From IMG/VR virus record IMGVR_UViG_3300050120_000012, positions 7,813 to 71,812 of that record: a stretch of DNA of 64,000 bases; one strand, 5' to 3'. Below the pieces are notes generated by a model, which did not search any database, had not been told where the DNA came from, and saw nothing but the letters and a program-made list of their open reading frames with translations. Every line of letters begins with the position of its first letter. Within the stretch, counting starts at the first letter, position 1. This document shows positions 47,579 to 56,943 of the stretch, one piece after another. The position numbers and the translations under genes were made by a program. This DNA is from a virus.

Positions 47579-49755
47579 TACTTACGATACCGGAGCATGG
47601 CTGCGCCTTCGGCGGCGATGGGGAAGCCTCTGCCCCAATTCGGAAGGTGACACATGAGATCGCATAGAAGCTGCGCAGCGGCTTTGCTTCCACCTAATGC
47701 TTCGACGCGGACGATCTCCAGCGCCGTGACTAGCTCATCGTGGACGGTAAGTAGAAGCTCGAATTGACCATGACGCTTTACGACCCGCATAGCGTGCGCC
47801 ATAAGATCGCGACACAAAGCCTGTACGATGTTCTCGACTAGCTTTCCCCCGTAGGTGTAGCTCCGATCCCACTTCTTCGTGAAGCTGTTGATCTCCATGT
47901 ACGAGATCGCCAGCTTCCTCGACTTCGTGTATGTGACCTTGCCTGTCACTTCGTCCACGTCTTCCCATACGCGCTCCGTCCATTCCAGCTTGGGATAGGG
48001 ATAGGGGATCAGCCTGCCCGAAGGCAACTGGCAAAACAGGAAGCGCCCGGCGCGCTTATAGGCAATGTGCGAATTGACGCGGACTACCGATCCGGGGTTC
48101 TGCATCGCCTCGATAGCTGCGCCCTCACAGGCGTACCAAAAGGCTTTGACCGGCGCATGACGCTCACGATAGCCAAGGATGCCTTTCTTGGCCGTGTCTA
48201 GGTCAATGATGATCTTCGATTGAGCGCAGTAGTCAATGAACTTCGGAGGGCCTAGCTGATACCCTGCGCCCAAGATGATTTGCTTGCCGAACTGGCGTTC
48301 ATCGGCCCAACGGATAGACGGGGCTTTGTTCTTCTTATCTTCATCGAACTCGCGTTTGATCGTCGCGTAGTCGAGATTGTTTACGAAGGCCGCCATCTCC
48401 AGATAGGAGTCGATGCCCTGATTGAATAGCTCTACGCCGTCGTGGTGATCGCAGACCCAAAACAGACCGCGTGCTTCCACGGATGAATAGTCGGCGGTGA
48501 CAAGCATCTTATCTTTGCCGGGCAGGATCGCACCACGCAACGCGCCAGAGAAGACGCTGTAGAGATCGTCATACTCTTCTTCTAGTTCCTCTGCGTCCAA
48601 GTTCATAAGAGCAAAGACGGTATCGTCCATGTTCTTAATCTTGCCACGCGGAAGGTTCTGCGGCTGGATGCCTACTCCCGCCCACCGGGACGTGCGAGAT
48701 GCACCGGCATACATGAGAACGTCTCTACACCGCCCGTCGTCAGACGCACGGTATCGAATGGTCTTATATTTTGCTGTTGATGCGCGACCAGCCATACGCA
48801 CACGACTAACAACGCCGTGTATATGGTCTGGAAGGAAATCATCTTCCAAGAGCGCGTCGAGAGTAGCAGCCTGCGTATTGGGAAGTTCAAAGCCATTTTC
48901 TAGCATCCATTCTTTGAGTTGATTTCGCGCTGTGACTTTCGGGACTTTCCCGTCAGTTAGACGCTGTATCTCTTCTTCATACTTCCCCCGAAGGTATGCC
49001 AAGGTCTCCATTGCCTTATCGACAAGTTCAAGGTCGATAGGGATGCCGCGTTCGTTGATCTCCTGATCGATCAGCCAAATCTCTTGCTCGACCGGCGATA
49101 GATCAGGGAGGGATTGACTGAACCGCTCTTCAGCGAGAACGTCCTTCCGGCAATAGACGATCAGACGCTTGATAGATGTCGCGTCTTGAACCCATCGCTC
49201 GGGTTGCTTCTTCGTCGCCTTCTTCGGACGACACATGGTCATCATGAGCTTGTGACCTTCCTTGTCCTTCTGGACAGGGAGGTTCATGATCTCACAGCAC
49301 TTCTCCAGACCACGCGGGAGACTGTACGATGCAGCCTTGGCCGCCGAACATCTCCATTGCACGTCTGGAATGTCGGGCCAGAACTCAGGGACTAGCTTGC
49401 TGCGCCAGACGGCGCGTTCGAACATGGCATTGTGGGCTTCAACGACTCCGCCATCTTCGATCCACTTGCATAGATCGGCTGGCGGCGGCATCCGTGGGAC
49501 GCCACAGATGTCCGCGATCCAATCGGGAACCCACACCGCTGTCTTGCCCTCGGGCCAGAAGGGCAGGCGGTAGCAGAGGCACATGACCTGTGTGGAGTCG
49601 TCCGACGCATAGCGCCAAGCGCCGGACTTCTTTAGATCGATCCGCGACCTTGTTTCGAAGTCGATAGTGGCGCGTTGAAGACGTGTTTTTGCTGGAGGCT
49701 TCGGCTTGCGAACCTCTACTCCGGGACCGCCAATGGTTCCGAGATCAAAAGCCAT
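47578..49755 (-). CDS. DNA polymerase family A with 3'-5' exonuclease
   Basis: IDFETRS and AHNA.FE (exonuclease); ADYSSVEAR (motif A), RQ.GK...LG.GY (motif B), VHDE (motif C). Confidence 0.95.
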   Translation of the reverse strand: MAFDLGTIGGPGVEVRKPKPPAKTRLQRATIDFETRSRIDLKKSGAWRYASDDSTQVMCLCYRLPFWPEGKTAVWVPDWIADICGVPRMPPPADLCKWIEDGGVVEAHNAMFERAVWRSKLVPEFWPDIPDVQWRCSAAKAASYSLPRGLEKCCEIMNLPVQKDKEGHKLMMTMCRPKKATKKQPERWVQDATSIKRLIVYCRKDVLAEERFSQSLPDLSPVEQEIWLIDQEINERGIPIDLELVDKAMETLAYLRGKYEEEIQRLTDGKVPKVTARNQLKEWMLENGFELPNTQAATLDALLEDDFLPDHIHGVVSRVRMAGRASTAKYKTIRYRASDDGRCRDVLMYAGASRTSRWAGVGIQPQNLPRGKIKNMDDTVFALMNLDAEELEEEYDDLYSVFSGALRGAILPGKDKMLVTADYSSVEARGLFWVCDHHDGVELFNQGIDSYLEMAAFVNNLDYATIKREFDEDKKNKAPSIRWADERQFGKQIILGAGYQLGPPKFIDYCAQSKIIIDLDTAKKGILGYRERHAPVKAFWYACEGAAIEAMQNPGSVVRVNSHIAYKRAGRFLFCQLPSGRLIPYPYPKLEWTERVWEDVDEVTGKVTYTKSRKLAISYMEINSFTKKWDRSYTYGGKLVENIVQALCRDLMAHAMRVVKRHGQFELLLTVHDELVTALEIVRVEALGGSKAAAQLLCDLMCHLPNWGRGFPIAAEGAAMLRYRK

Positions 49756-50108
49756 TACTTATCAGACGGAGCGATCATCTCAAGCGCGGCTTCATAGAGT
49801 TCGATCAGCGCCTCTTCTTCCTGACGCTTGGCCTTGTCTTGCTTCCGGCGCGCGATGACCTTGCGCATGATCTTCACGTCAAAGCCTTCACCCTTGGCTT
49901 CAAGGAAGACTTCCTTCTTATCGGTCTTCACCGCATCTTCGTCTTCCTGAAGACGCTCGATACGCTCGACGAAGGACTTCATCCGCGTCTGCGCCGTGGT
50001 GGACATCATATCCAGCGCCACGCCTACTTCATCGCCGTTGAATGACTCTAGGCCATTGCCGAAGTCAATGTCGCCGTCTTCGGCTTCCAAATCGAAATCA
50101 CCGGCCAT
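49755..50108 (-). CDS. gapR: GapR-like nucleoid-associated protein (DUF2312) with acidic N-terminal extension
   Basis: SFVERIERL.E......D.KEVF.EAKGEGFDVKIMRKV...RKQD...RQEEEA...LY matches GapR/DUF2312. Confidence 0.88.
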   Translation of the reverse strand: MAGDFDLEAEDGDIDFGNGLESFNGDEVGVALDMMSTTAQTRMKSFVERIERLQEDEDAVKTDKKEVFLEAKGEGFDVKIMRKVIARRKQDKAKRQEEEALIELYEAALEMIAPSDK

Positions 50109-50109
50109 G

Positions 50110-50679
50110 TTAGTACGCCTCACCTTGATTGGGATCGGTGATGTCGAGATAATCTCTCCAATACACCCACTTCCATTGCATCGTCGGATTGTTGACCCGG
50201 CTTACGATGACTTCGCCGGTATCGTCTTGATAGTTCGCGGGTGGACACCAAAAGCCCCAATCCCGCTCGCGCTCGCCACGGAAGATCAGGGTGAGGACCG
50301 TCCGGGTATGCAGCCGCGTGATCCTGTGAGCGTGCTGTGGCCGCCTCGCACGGTAGCTGAGCCACCGGAGGGTGTCAGGGATCAGGAGGCCGCTAGGCGG
50401 GTTCTCCAGCCCATTGTTCGTCTGCGCCACAAGCGACTCCTGCGGCTCATGGGACACTTCATCGTACCCACCGTAAAGGATCAGCGTGCGAAAGCTCCAC
50501 GGATGATCGTGGAAGACGCGATCAGCGTCCGGTCGATAGAATTTGTGGAGATAGATGCGGAGCTTGAAAGGCCACCACTTCCACGGCGTCAGGTGCGTCC
50601 GTACAAGATAGGGTTGGCCGTTTGTGTCGATCCATTCGACGTACATGCCAAGCGGTAATTGCTTAGTACGGATACCCAT
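50110..50679 (-). CDS. cupin-like hypothetical protein
   Basis: YL.R...IYLH...D....HDHPW.F..LIL.GGY.E...HRI...WGF pattern. Confidence 0.75.
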   Translation of the reverse strand: MGIRTKQLPLGMYVEWIDTNGQPYLVRTHLTPWKWWPFKLRIYLHKFYRPDADRVFHDHPWSFRTLILYGGYDEVSHEPQESLVAQTNNGLENPPSGLLIPDTLRWLSYRARRPQHAHRITRLHTRTVLTLIFRGERERDWGFWCPPANYQDDTGEVIVSRVNNPTMQWKWVYWRDYLDITDPNQGEAY

Positions 50680-50738
50680 GTGAACCTCTGTGAAGGGAAG
50701 GTGGAACCCGGCCTAGACCGGGTTCCTTTAGCCTCAGA

Positions 50739-51380
50739 CTAGAACTGAACGTCGTCATCTCCGAAGGCGTCACCGCCCGCGTCGTCGCCGAAGCTGATCT
50801 CGTCTTCGCCCAAGTCGGTGAAGTCGTTCTCCGCGTCCGGCCCTTGATTGCCGAACTTCTCGCCGTCACCGATGAAGATGAGGTTGTGCAGATTGACCGC
50901 AACGCCCTTGGACTTATTGTCGAAGCTCCAGAACGACACGGAAGCTCGGGCGTAGCAGCCCGCGTAGAACTTGCTCCAGTCGATCTTGGTCTTCGCGCCG
51001 CCGATCATCTGGATCATGCCGGGCGGGGTTTTGTTCCCCATCCGAATGAACGTGACGCCTGCGCCGTAGCCGTCTTTGTCCGGCTTCTCCATGCCGTCGC
51101 GGAACGGCATCTTGTACGCCGGAAGAATCTTCCGGTCGGCCCCGAACGCTTTGTCGCCGAACTTCTCCCGGAGGGAGGCCACGGCGGCTTGACGCATCTT
51201 CTTCCACCGCTCCGCATCTTGCGGTGTGAAAGACGTAGCCGTGAAGAGGCCGGTCACGCCATACTTGGGATCGCTGGCGGAACCTTCCATCTTGGACGGC
51301 TTATCGAGGTTGGGATAGGACGTTCGGAAGATCGGAGTGGTGATCGTGACCTGAACGGCTTTCTCGGCTGCATCAGCCAT
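50739..51380 (-). CDS. single-stranded DNA-binding protein (DUF2815-like)
   Basis: R.SYP.L..P, PFRDG, FYAGCY.RAS and GV...L.N.....DGE.FG motifs; acidic tail DDDVQF; start at MADAAEK. Confidence 0.88.
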   Translation of the reverse strand: MADAAEKAVQVTITTPIFRTSYPNLDKPSKMEGSASDPKYGVTGLFTATSFTPQDAERWKKMRQAAVASLREKFGDKAFGADRKILPAYKMPFRDGMEKPDKDGYGAGVTFIRMGNKTPPGMIQMIGGAKTKIDWSKFYAGCYARASVSFWSFDNKSKGVAVNLHNLIFIGDGEKFGNQGPDAENDFTDLGEDEISFGDDAGGDAFGDDDVQF

Positions 51381-51450
51381 GAGGGTAGTCCTTTCTAACG
51401 TGTTAGCGTTTGAGCGTTTTAATGGCCCCATGAGGGAGCCGGGATCGACG

Positions 51451-51802
51451 CTACCGGACTCTGCGCACGTTGGCAATAGCGCGTTCGATATTGGTGAGAT
51501 TCGGAATGCGCTTGCGTTGGAAGACTTCACGCCAGAACGGAGGGACTTTTGTGTGGTCTCCAGAAGAACGGGCATAGATCAGTTGGGTAGCGGTCTGGCG
51601 CACGATTACTGCATCCATTCCAGCGATGTCGCAGATGTCCCTATACTCGTCTTGGGCTTCTATGAACCAAGCGCGAGCTTCATTTACACAACGGCGATGT
51701 TCTTCTTTGTCGTGCGGTAAGTTGGTGAAGCCGAGGGCATCGCAGAGCGCCCGGTATATGACTTGCTGACAAACCGGACGCCACTCTTCAACGATGTCCA
51801 TG
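51451..51802 (-). CDS. hypothetical protein
   Basis: W..V..Q....DA...EARAWF...Y..ICDIAGMD conserved phage pattern. Confidence 0.7.
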
Positions 51803-51830
51803 GTTAACGGACATAGCAGGGAGTTCGGGG

Positions 51831-53414
51831 TTAGAGAATATCCCATTCGTCGGCGTCGGGTGCGGCGAGTAGCAGCGGTTCCCCGTCGTCCACGACACTG
51901 AAGTCCGCGTCGATAATGCCAAGCTCTTCGTCGCCCAAGTCACTGAACGGATTGATCTCGATTGCAGGACGCGCGTCGGTGATCGGAACTAGGGTGAGCT
52001 TACCTTCCGGGTGGAAGGACAGTTGGGCCACAAGGTCTTTACCGATCTCGGGTATCTTCTCCAGTTGAGCCGGTGTCTTGCACTTCGGCTCTTTGAAGAT
52101 GTCCTTATCTGGAATACCCATGTTGCGCAGACGCTTGATCGTGTCCGCTTCATTCTTCAGCTTTCGATTAGACCGCTTGCGGACGATCTTCTGGCCTTCG
52201 ATGGCATAGCCGTTTTCAGCCTCATGCTGAGCGTAGGCTTGAACGTCGCGGATCATGGCGTCCAGCACAGGTGCGAGACGGAGGATGGTGAGCATCCGCT
52301 GGCGATCTCCGATGACGCTGGCGACCATCTTCTTCGATAGGTTCTCACCGGCTTCTGATAGCACTTGCTTGACACCTTTCTGAATGACGAACTCTTCGTC
52401 GCCTAAGTCTGTGAAGTCCTGCAAAGCAAGCGACTGAGCTTGGTCGAATAAGGCGGGACAAGGCTTCGCCTTACCATTGCAGAAGAAGCATTGGACTTCG
52501 CCGGGGACTAGCGGCGCATCCGGGTCTTCGGTCGCTATTGCAGCTTCAATGAGAGTCTTCGTGAAATCCATGACTTCATCGATAGTGTAGTCCCACGTTC
52601 TAATAGGACCGTCTCTGTGAGCCGCGCGAGGTTGAACGATAACGGTACGGACGATCTTCGGTAAGTCCCCTCGATCTCTACATATTTCGAGGATAGCCCC
52701 AAGAGCATAATACAGAAGTTGAGGATTGAATTTAGCTTCGACGACTTTACCTCTTCCGTGCTTGTAATCAAGAACGATAAGGATTTCGCCTCTGACGAAG
52801 AAGCAATAGTCATTTGTTCCGAACATGCCGGGATAGAGGCGACTGAGATCAAATCCCTTTTCAAGGAAAATATGAACGTCGTCTTTGTCATAAGTAGCAT
52901 ACAGTTCCTCCGTAATGCGGGCGATCTCTAGTGTGTATTTCGCCACGGCATCGGCCATGTCTTCATCGATCTCAAAGACGATCACGTCGTCTTCTTCCTC
53001 ATCCGGGTAGTCGTCGGTGAGGTTGCCTTTGATGTCGATAAACTGTCCGATGAACCAATGCGGATGAACGTCGGACGACAGTGCAAGCTCCGCTAGATGG
53101 TGAGCACACGTTCCCTCTTGAGCAAACCGGCTGGATCGGTTCGGCATCCCCTTGGACATGCGGACGGAGCCGGGACACTTCATCCATCGATCTGAGGACG
53201 ACGCACCTAATACGGCGTGGACCTTGCCATCCTCTGACGTGTGGCCTTCCTTCTTCCCATGGGCTTGAGGCCCTAGCACGGATAGCAGCGTCGGAACCCG
53301 ATTTTCCAGCCCCATCTCCGCAACGATGTCGTCGAAGTTTATATGGGGATTGGCGATCAGAGTTGTGACCTTGGCGATCACCTTCTCTTTGTTCTTCGCT
53401 GCGAAGTCGATCAT
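51831..53414 (-). CDS. Cas4-like exonuclease (DUF2800-like) ending DEWDIL
   Basis: HA.L.AS...RW..CPGS, EGT.AH, FGT.D, DYK.GRG, NPQL..YALG and C.FC...C motifs. Confidence 0.88.
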   Translation of the reverse strand: MIDFAAKNKEKVIAKVTTLIANPHINFDDIVAEMGLENRVPTLLSVLGPQAHGKKEGHTSEDGKVHAVLGASSSDRWMKCPGSVRMSKGMPNRSSRFAQEGTCAHHLAELALSSDVHPHWFIGQFIDIKGNLTDDYPDEEEDDVIVFEIDEDMADAVAKYTLEIARITEELYATYDKDDVHIFLEKGFDLSRLYPGMFGTNDYCFFVRGEILIVLDYKHGRGKVVEAKFNPQLLYYALGAILEICRDRGDLPKIVRTVIVQPRAAHRDGPIRTWDYTIDEVMDFTKTLIEAAIATEDPDAPLVPGEVQCFFCNGKAKPCPALFDQAQSLALQDFTDLGDEEFVIQKGVKQVLSEAGENLSKKMVASVIGDRQRMLTILRLAPVLDAMIRDVQAYAQHEAENGYAIEGQKIVRKRSNRKLKNEADTIKRLRNMGIPDKDIFKEPKCKTPAQLEKIPEIGKDLVAQLSFHPEGKLTLVPITDARPAIEINPFSDLGDEELGIIDADFSVVDDGEPLLLAAPDADEWDIL

Positions 53415-54673
53415 CCAGCTTGCTCTTTACGAACTATGGTGATGCGCTCCGCAAAGCGGGTGACGCCGGTATAGAGCCAATTCGGGTATTGGTGATCGGA
53501 ACGGCTCCATTCATCAATTAGCACGCCGTTCTTCCATTGGGAACCTTGACTCTTGTGGACGGTGATAGCGGAGCCGTAGGTCATCACAAGGCCCTCCGGG
53601 TTTCCGGTGAGCATCGGTGTCCAGAACTTCATATGATGCGTCGTCCCTTCAAGGAACGGCATGACGTGAACCATGACTCCAGTGAGCCGTTCTCCACGCA
53701 TATCCAAGCTCTGGAGATCGCACCTGTAATACTTATGTGGACCGCGCTCGACGAACTCGGCGCGAAGGACTTTCCACATGCCGCCGTTCATGACGCCGAC
53801 TTCATAGTTGTTCTGGAGACAGATGAGCTTTTCACCTTCCTCCAGAACCTTCGTCCGCTTGAGCATCTTGCGAAACGCATGATTGACGGCGATCCGCGTT
53901 GCATTCTTCCCGCAAAGGATTTGCTCATACTCGGCGTACTCCGCCGGGCGCAGCGACTTCACGATCCGGCTGTCACCAAGCGAGCCGTAGGGCAGGGTGA
54001 GCGCCCGGCCTCCGCCATCCATGTCCTTCGGGCGGATGGCTGTGGCGAGGCGCAGGACCGGGTTTCCGGCGGCCTGACGGTGGATATGGCGCAGGAGGAC
54101 ATCGGGCTTGGCGTTGGTGAAGAAGCCCTCCCCGGCGATGGGCTTAAGCTGCGCCGGATCACCTAGCACGATCACCGGGAAGCCGTAGCGCAGCATCGAT
54201 TCGCCGATGAACTTGTCCACCATCGAAACTTCGTCACAGGCGAAAGCCATGTCACGTGGGAACTCAGACAAGTCCTTCGGGATGAAGATTGGGGAGTTGA
54301 GCGATTGCTTCGAAGTCTCTAACTTGCGGCCAAGGGTGTCCTTCTCAGGACCGGCTTCCATCGCTTCCCATGTGTCGAGTTGATCCTTGTATTCCTTCAC
54401 GGCTGTACCGCGCGGAACGAAGATCGTCTTGTGGATCGTGGCGGCGTTCACGCAACCCTTGGACGCCAGCACTAGGGCGGCTTTCCCGGTATATGCCATG
54501 AACTGGATACGAAGCTTGGATCGCTTGGCGATCTCTTGAGCTAAGGTTGTCTTACCCGTCCCGGCGTAGCCGAAGATACGGAAGACTTCTTTGCGGTTGA
54601 ACTCAAAGTTGTCGAGATAGTTGACGCCCTGTTCGATGGCGTTGACTTGCTCGGGTGTGAAACCACCGTCCAT
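53411..54673 (-). CDS. Dda/RecD-like SF1B helicase
   Basis: GYAGTGKTT, TIH, DEVSMV, GDP.QL.P, HRQ, TVHKSQGS.W and YT.VTR motifs. Confidence 0.92.
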   Translation of the reverse strand: MDGGFTPEQVNAIEQGVNYLDNFEFNRKEVFRIFGYAGTGKTTLAQEIAKRSKLRIQFMAYTGKAALVLASKGCVNAATIHKTIFVPRGTAVKEYKDQLDTWEAMEAGPEKDTLGRKLETSKQSLNSPIFIPKDLSEFPRDMAFACDEVSMVDKFIGESMLRYGFPVIVLGDPAQLKPIAGEGFFTNAKPDVLLRHIHRQAAGNPVLRLATAIRPKDMDGGGRALTLPYGSLGDSRIVKSLRPAEYAEYEQILCGKNATRIAVNHAFRKMLKRTKVLEEGEKLICLQNNYEVGVMNGGMWKVLRAEFVERGPHKYYRCDLQSLDMRGERLTGVMVHVMPFLEGTTHHMKFWTPMLTGNPEGLVMTYGSAITVHKSQGSQWKNGVLIDEWSRSDHQYPNWLYTGVTRFAERITIVRKEQAG

Positions 54674-54773
54674 GTGATGCCGATCATATTAGCGTTTTAT
54701 CATGTTAGGGTAGCAGGCTTAGACCATCTGGAGAGCCCGGTCAAGACACGGCCTAGACCGGGCTCTGGATAGA

Positions 54774-55691
54774 TCAGTCAGCCGTTTTGTAGTCCGGCGC
54801 GTCGTGGCCCAATTCCTTGCGGACGGCAAGCTCGCGCTCCAGTTCGGCGTTCGTCGCCAAGCCGAGTAGCGGCCCGCGAAGCTTGTCATCGGTATAGGTC
54901 CGCATCACCCGCGAACCATCGGCTCCGATGAATGCAAGTTGGACTTGACCGAACAGACCGTGTTCGTGTGCGCCGCCTGCATAGCTTTCCAGCCATACTT
55001 GCGAGTCATCGTCGAAATGCTCCAGCATGGAGATGCCGGGGGTTTCGGGTTGTCTGTCAGGTATGGTAGAAAAGATGCTGTTGACCGCAACTGCGTTGTC
55101 GCGGTTTTGCCTGCCACCGCCGAAGACGGACACCTTGGCGATAGCCTGATCCGCCGCGATCTGTTCGGCGAGACGATCCCGGCCTTCTTCGCTGTAGGCG
55201 TCGGCGTTGAAGTTATGCGCCGTGGCGTCCGTCACCTTGTGCCGGGCGAAGAGCTTGGCGATGTTCGCCGCCATCGCCACGTCGATCCGGGAATCGACGC
55301 CGGATAGATAGCGATTGAGATACCACAGCACGTCGCCAGCTTCTTCGACCGCGTTCTTCTGATCGAAGTGCTTGCCGTAGAACCATGCGTCGATCAACGC
55401 TTCAGCGATCTCCCCACATTCGGTCGCCATCCCGATTGTGCCGTGAATGACGGCATCCGGGATCGGCATAGGGGAGTTGAAGTCAACGTCGGTCGCTGAA
55501 TGCAGCGGCGACTCAGCCGGTAGCTGGCGGCCATAGACGTAGGACTTCTTCACCGCGTCGAGAGTCTGACACGCCTTTACGACGGCGATCAGGGCGGCGA
55601 ACACTTGGCCGGGTTTGACCATCTCCAGATGAAGACGCCCTTCGGGTGGTAGCGTGCGCAGGGCTTCGCGCGAGTACGTTTCGATGTCCAT
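54774..55691 (-). CDS. MazG-like nucleotide pyrophosphohydrolase with C-terminal extension
   Basis: H..IG..TE.GE...EE.GDVLWY...NI.KL..R; start at MDIETYS. Confidence 0.75.
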   Translation of the reverse strand: MDIETYSREALRTLPPEGRLHLEMVKPGQVFAALIAVVKACQTLDAVKKSYVYGRQLPAESPLHSATDVDFNSPMPIPDAVIHGTIGMATECGEIAEALIDAWFYGKHFDQKNAVEEAGDVLWYLNRYLSGVDSRIDVAMAANIAKLFARHKVTDATAHNFNADAYSEEGRDRLAEQIAADQAIAKVSVFGGGRQNRDNAVAVNSIFSTIPDRQPETPGISMLEHFDDDSQVWLESYAGGAHEHGLFGQVQLAFIGADGSRVMRTYTDDKLRGPLLGLATNAELERELAVRKELGHDAPDYKTAD

Positions 55692-55703
55692 GATTGATCC
55701 ATG

Positions 55704-55734
55704 TGAAAAGGGCCGCCCCGGATGGGACGGCCCT
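55704..55734 (-). terminator. intrinsic terminator
   Basis: Minus strand reads AGGGCCGTCCC-ATCC-GGGGCGGCCCT-TTT. Confidence 0.75.
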
Positions 55735-55761
55735 CCACTATCGCTGATTCGACGCCGATGT

Positions 55762-56244
55762 CTAGGCGCTGAAGTCGGCGTCACCTTCCTTGGCGGCGGC
55801 AGGCGCGGCGGCCTTGTCGCCAGTGGCGGCTTCGCCTTCCTTGGCCGGGGCGTCGTTCTCGGTCGGGATCATGATGACCAGCGCCTTGTCCTCGGGATAG
55901 ACCTTGAACTTGGCCTTGGCCGACACGTCGAAGGGCAGGGACGCCGACATGACGTGCGCCGCCGTCTTCTTGCCCTTGCTGACGTAGCGCAGGGTGAGCG
56001 GGCCGTCGTCCGCCGGTTGGATCATGAGCTTGCCGCCCCACACCGCGCCGGTCCCCTTGACCGCCTTGACCTTGATGCCGTCGCCGAGATCGGTGAGGCC
56101 CATGGTTTCCAGCACGTCGGAACCGATGGTGATGACCTTCTGGCCCTTCTTCAGGCTGGAGACGCGGACGCCGGTGGTCTTGCGGCCCGTCAGGTTGACG
56201 CCGCGTTGGGGGACGATTGCTTCGCCCGAAAAGTTGAGAGCCAT
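55762..56244 (-). CDS. hypothetical protein (Lys-rich, strong codon bias)
   Basis: AAAGGA RBS; followed by a terminator. Confidence 0.8.
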   Translation of the reverse strand: MALNFSGEAIVPQRGVNLTGRKTTGVRVSSLKKGQKVITIGSDVLETMGLTDLGDGIKVKAVKGTGAVWGGKLMIQPADDGPLTLRYVSKGKKTAAHVMSASLPFDVSAKAKFKVYPEDKALVIMIPTENDAPAKEGEAATGDKAAAPAAAKEGDADFSA

Positions 56245-56307
56245 GAGATTTGATCCTTTCTGAGATCGGAGGTTGAAAGAGAGATAGACGTTGGTGTCGG
56301 ACGCGAA

Positions 56308-56868
56308 CTAGGAAGCGGCGTAGTGAGGGAACGCTTCCTTGAACTTGTTATAAGCCTCAACGGCGTTGTCGTCGGGAATGTCCGACACCTTCGAGACGCT
56401 GTAGCTTTGCATGATGGTCCGCGCAGATGCAAGCTCTTTCGCGTCCTTCTTTGCAATTACTTTTTTGGCGATCTCGATAGCGGCGGCCTTCGCTTGTTCC
56501 GGCGACAGGTCTTCGACGAAGCCGTCGAGCATGTCATCGCCTTCACCGAAGTCTCCAGCGCCGGACGACGTACCGTCGCCGAACGCCGCATCGTCATCGT
56601 CAGCCGGGGGAGTCGCGGCGGTTTTCTTGGCCGCTTCGGCTGCGGCTGCGGCGGCCTTCTTCTCTGCGGCGGTTTGTTGCTTGACGCCAGCGCCGGGCTG
56701 CGCCACCTTGCCATCCCCGGACGCGCTCGCCGCTGACGCGCCCGCTCCAGCCGGAATAGCCGTTGAGGCGAAGCGATTGGCGATAGCCAGACGCTCAGCC
56801 AACTCGACCCTCTCGCGGAGTTCTGCGAGCGGCATGGAAACGATGGTGGAGTTCAGATGATCGGTCAT
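56308..56868 (-). CDS. hypothetical protein of the replication operon (Ala-rich linker, small helical C-terminal domain)
   Basis: AAGGA RBS; C-terminal KVSDIP..N pattern often found upstream of DUF2800/DUF2815 genes. Confidence 0.8.
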   Translation of the reverse strand: MTDHLNSTIVSMPLAELRERVELAERLAIANRFASTAIPAGAGASAASASGDGKVAQPGAGVKQQTAAEKKAAAAAAEAAKKTAATPPADDDDAAFGDGTSSGAGDFGEGDDMLDGFVEDLSPEQAKAAAIEIAKKVIAKKDAKELASARTIMQSYSVSKVSDIPDDNAVEAYNKFKEAFPHYAAS

Positions 56869-56905
56869 GTTGATCCTTGATAAAAGAGTGATTAGGAAGA
56901 AGTCC

Positions 56906-56934
56906 GTCGTACACCTAGTTTTTTAGAGCGTCAA
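56906..56934 (-). promoter_or_regulatory. sigma70-like promoter TTGACG-N17-TACGAC for the leftward replication operon
   Basis: Divergent intergenic gap between 56868 and 56944. Confidence 0.4.
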
Positions 56935-56943
56935 TCACAGTCG

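Noticed and set aside
50739-51575. 278 aa version of the SSB
   Set aside because: The extension overlaps the upstream gene; the RBS and motif start support ATG at 51380.
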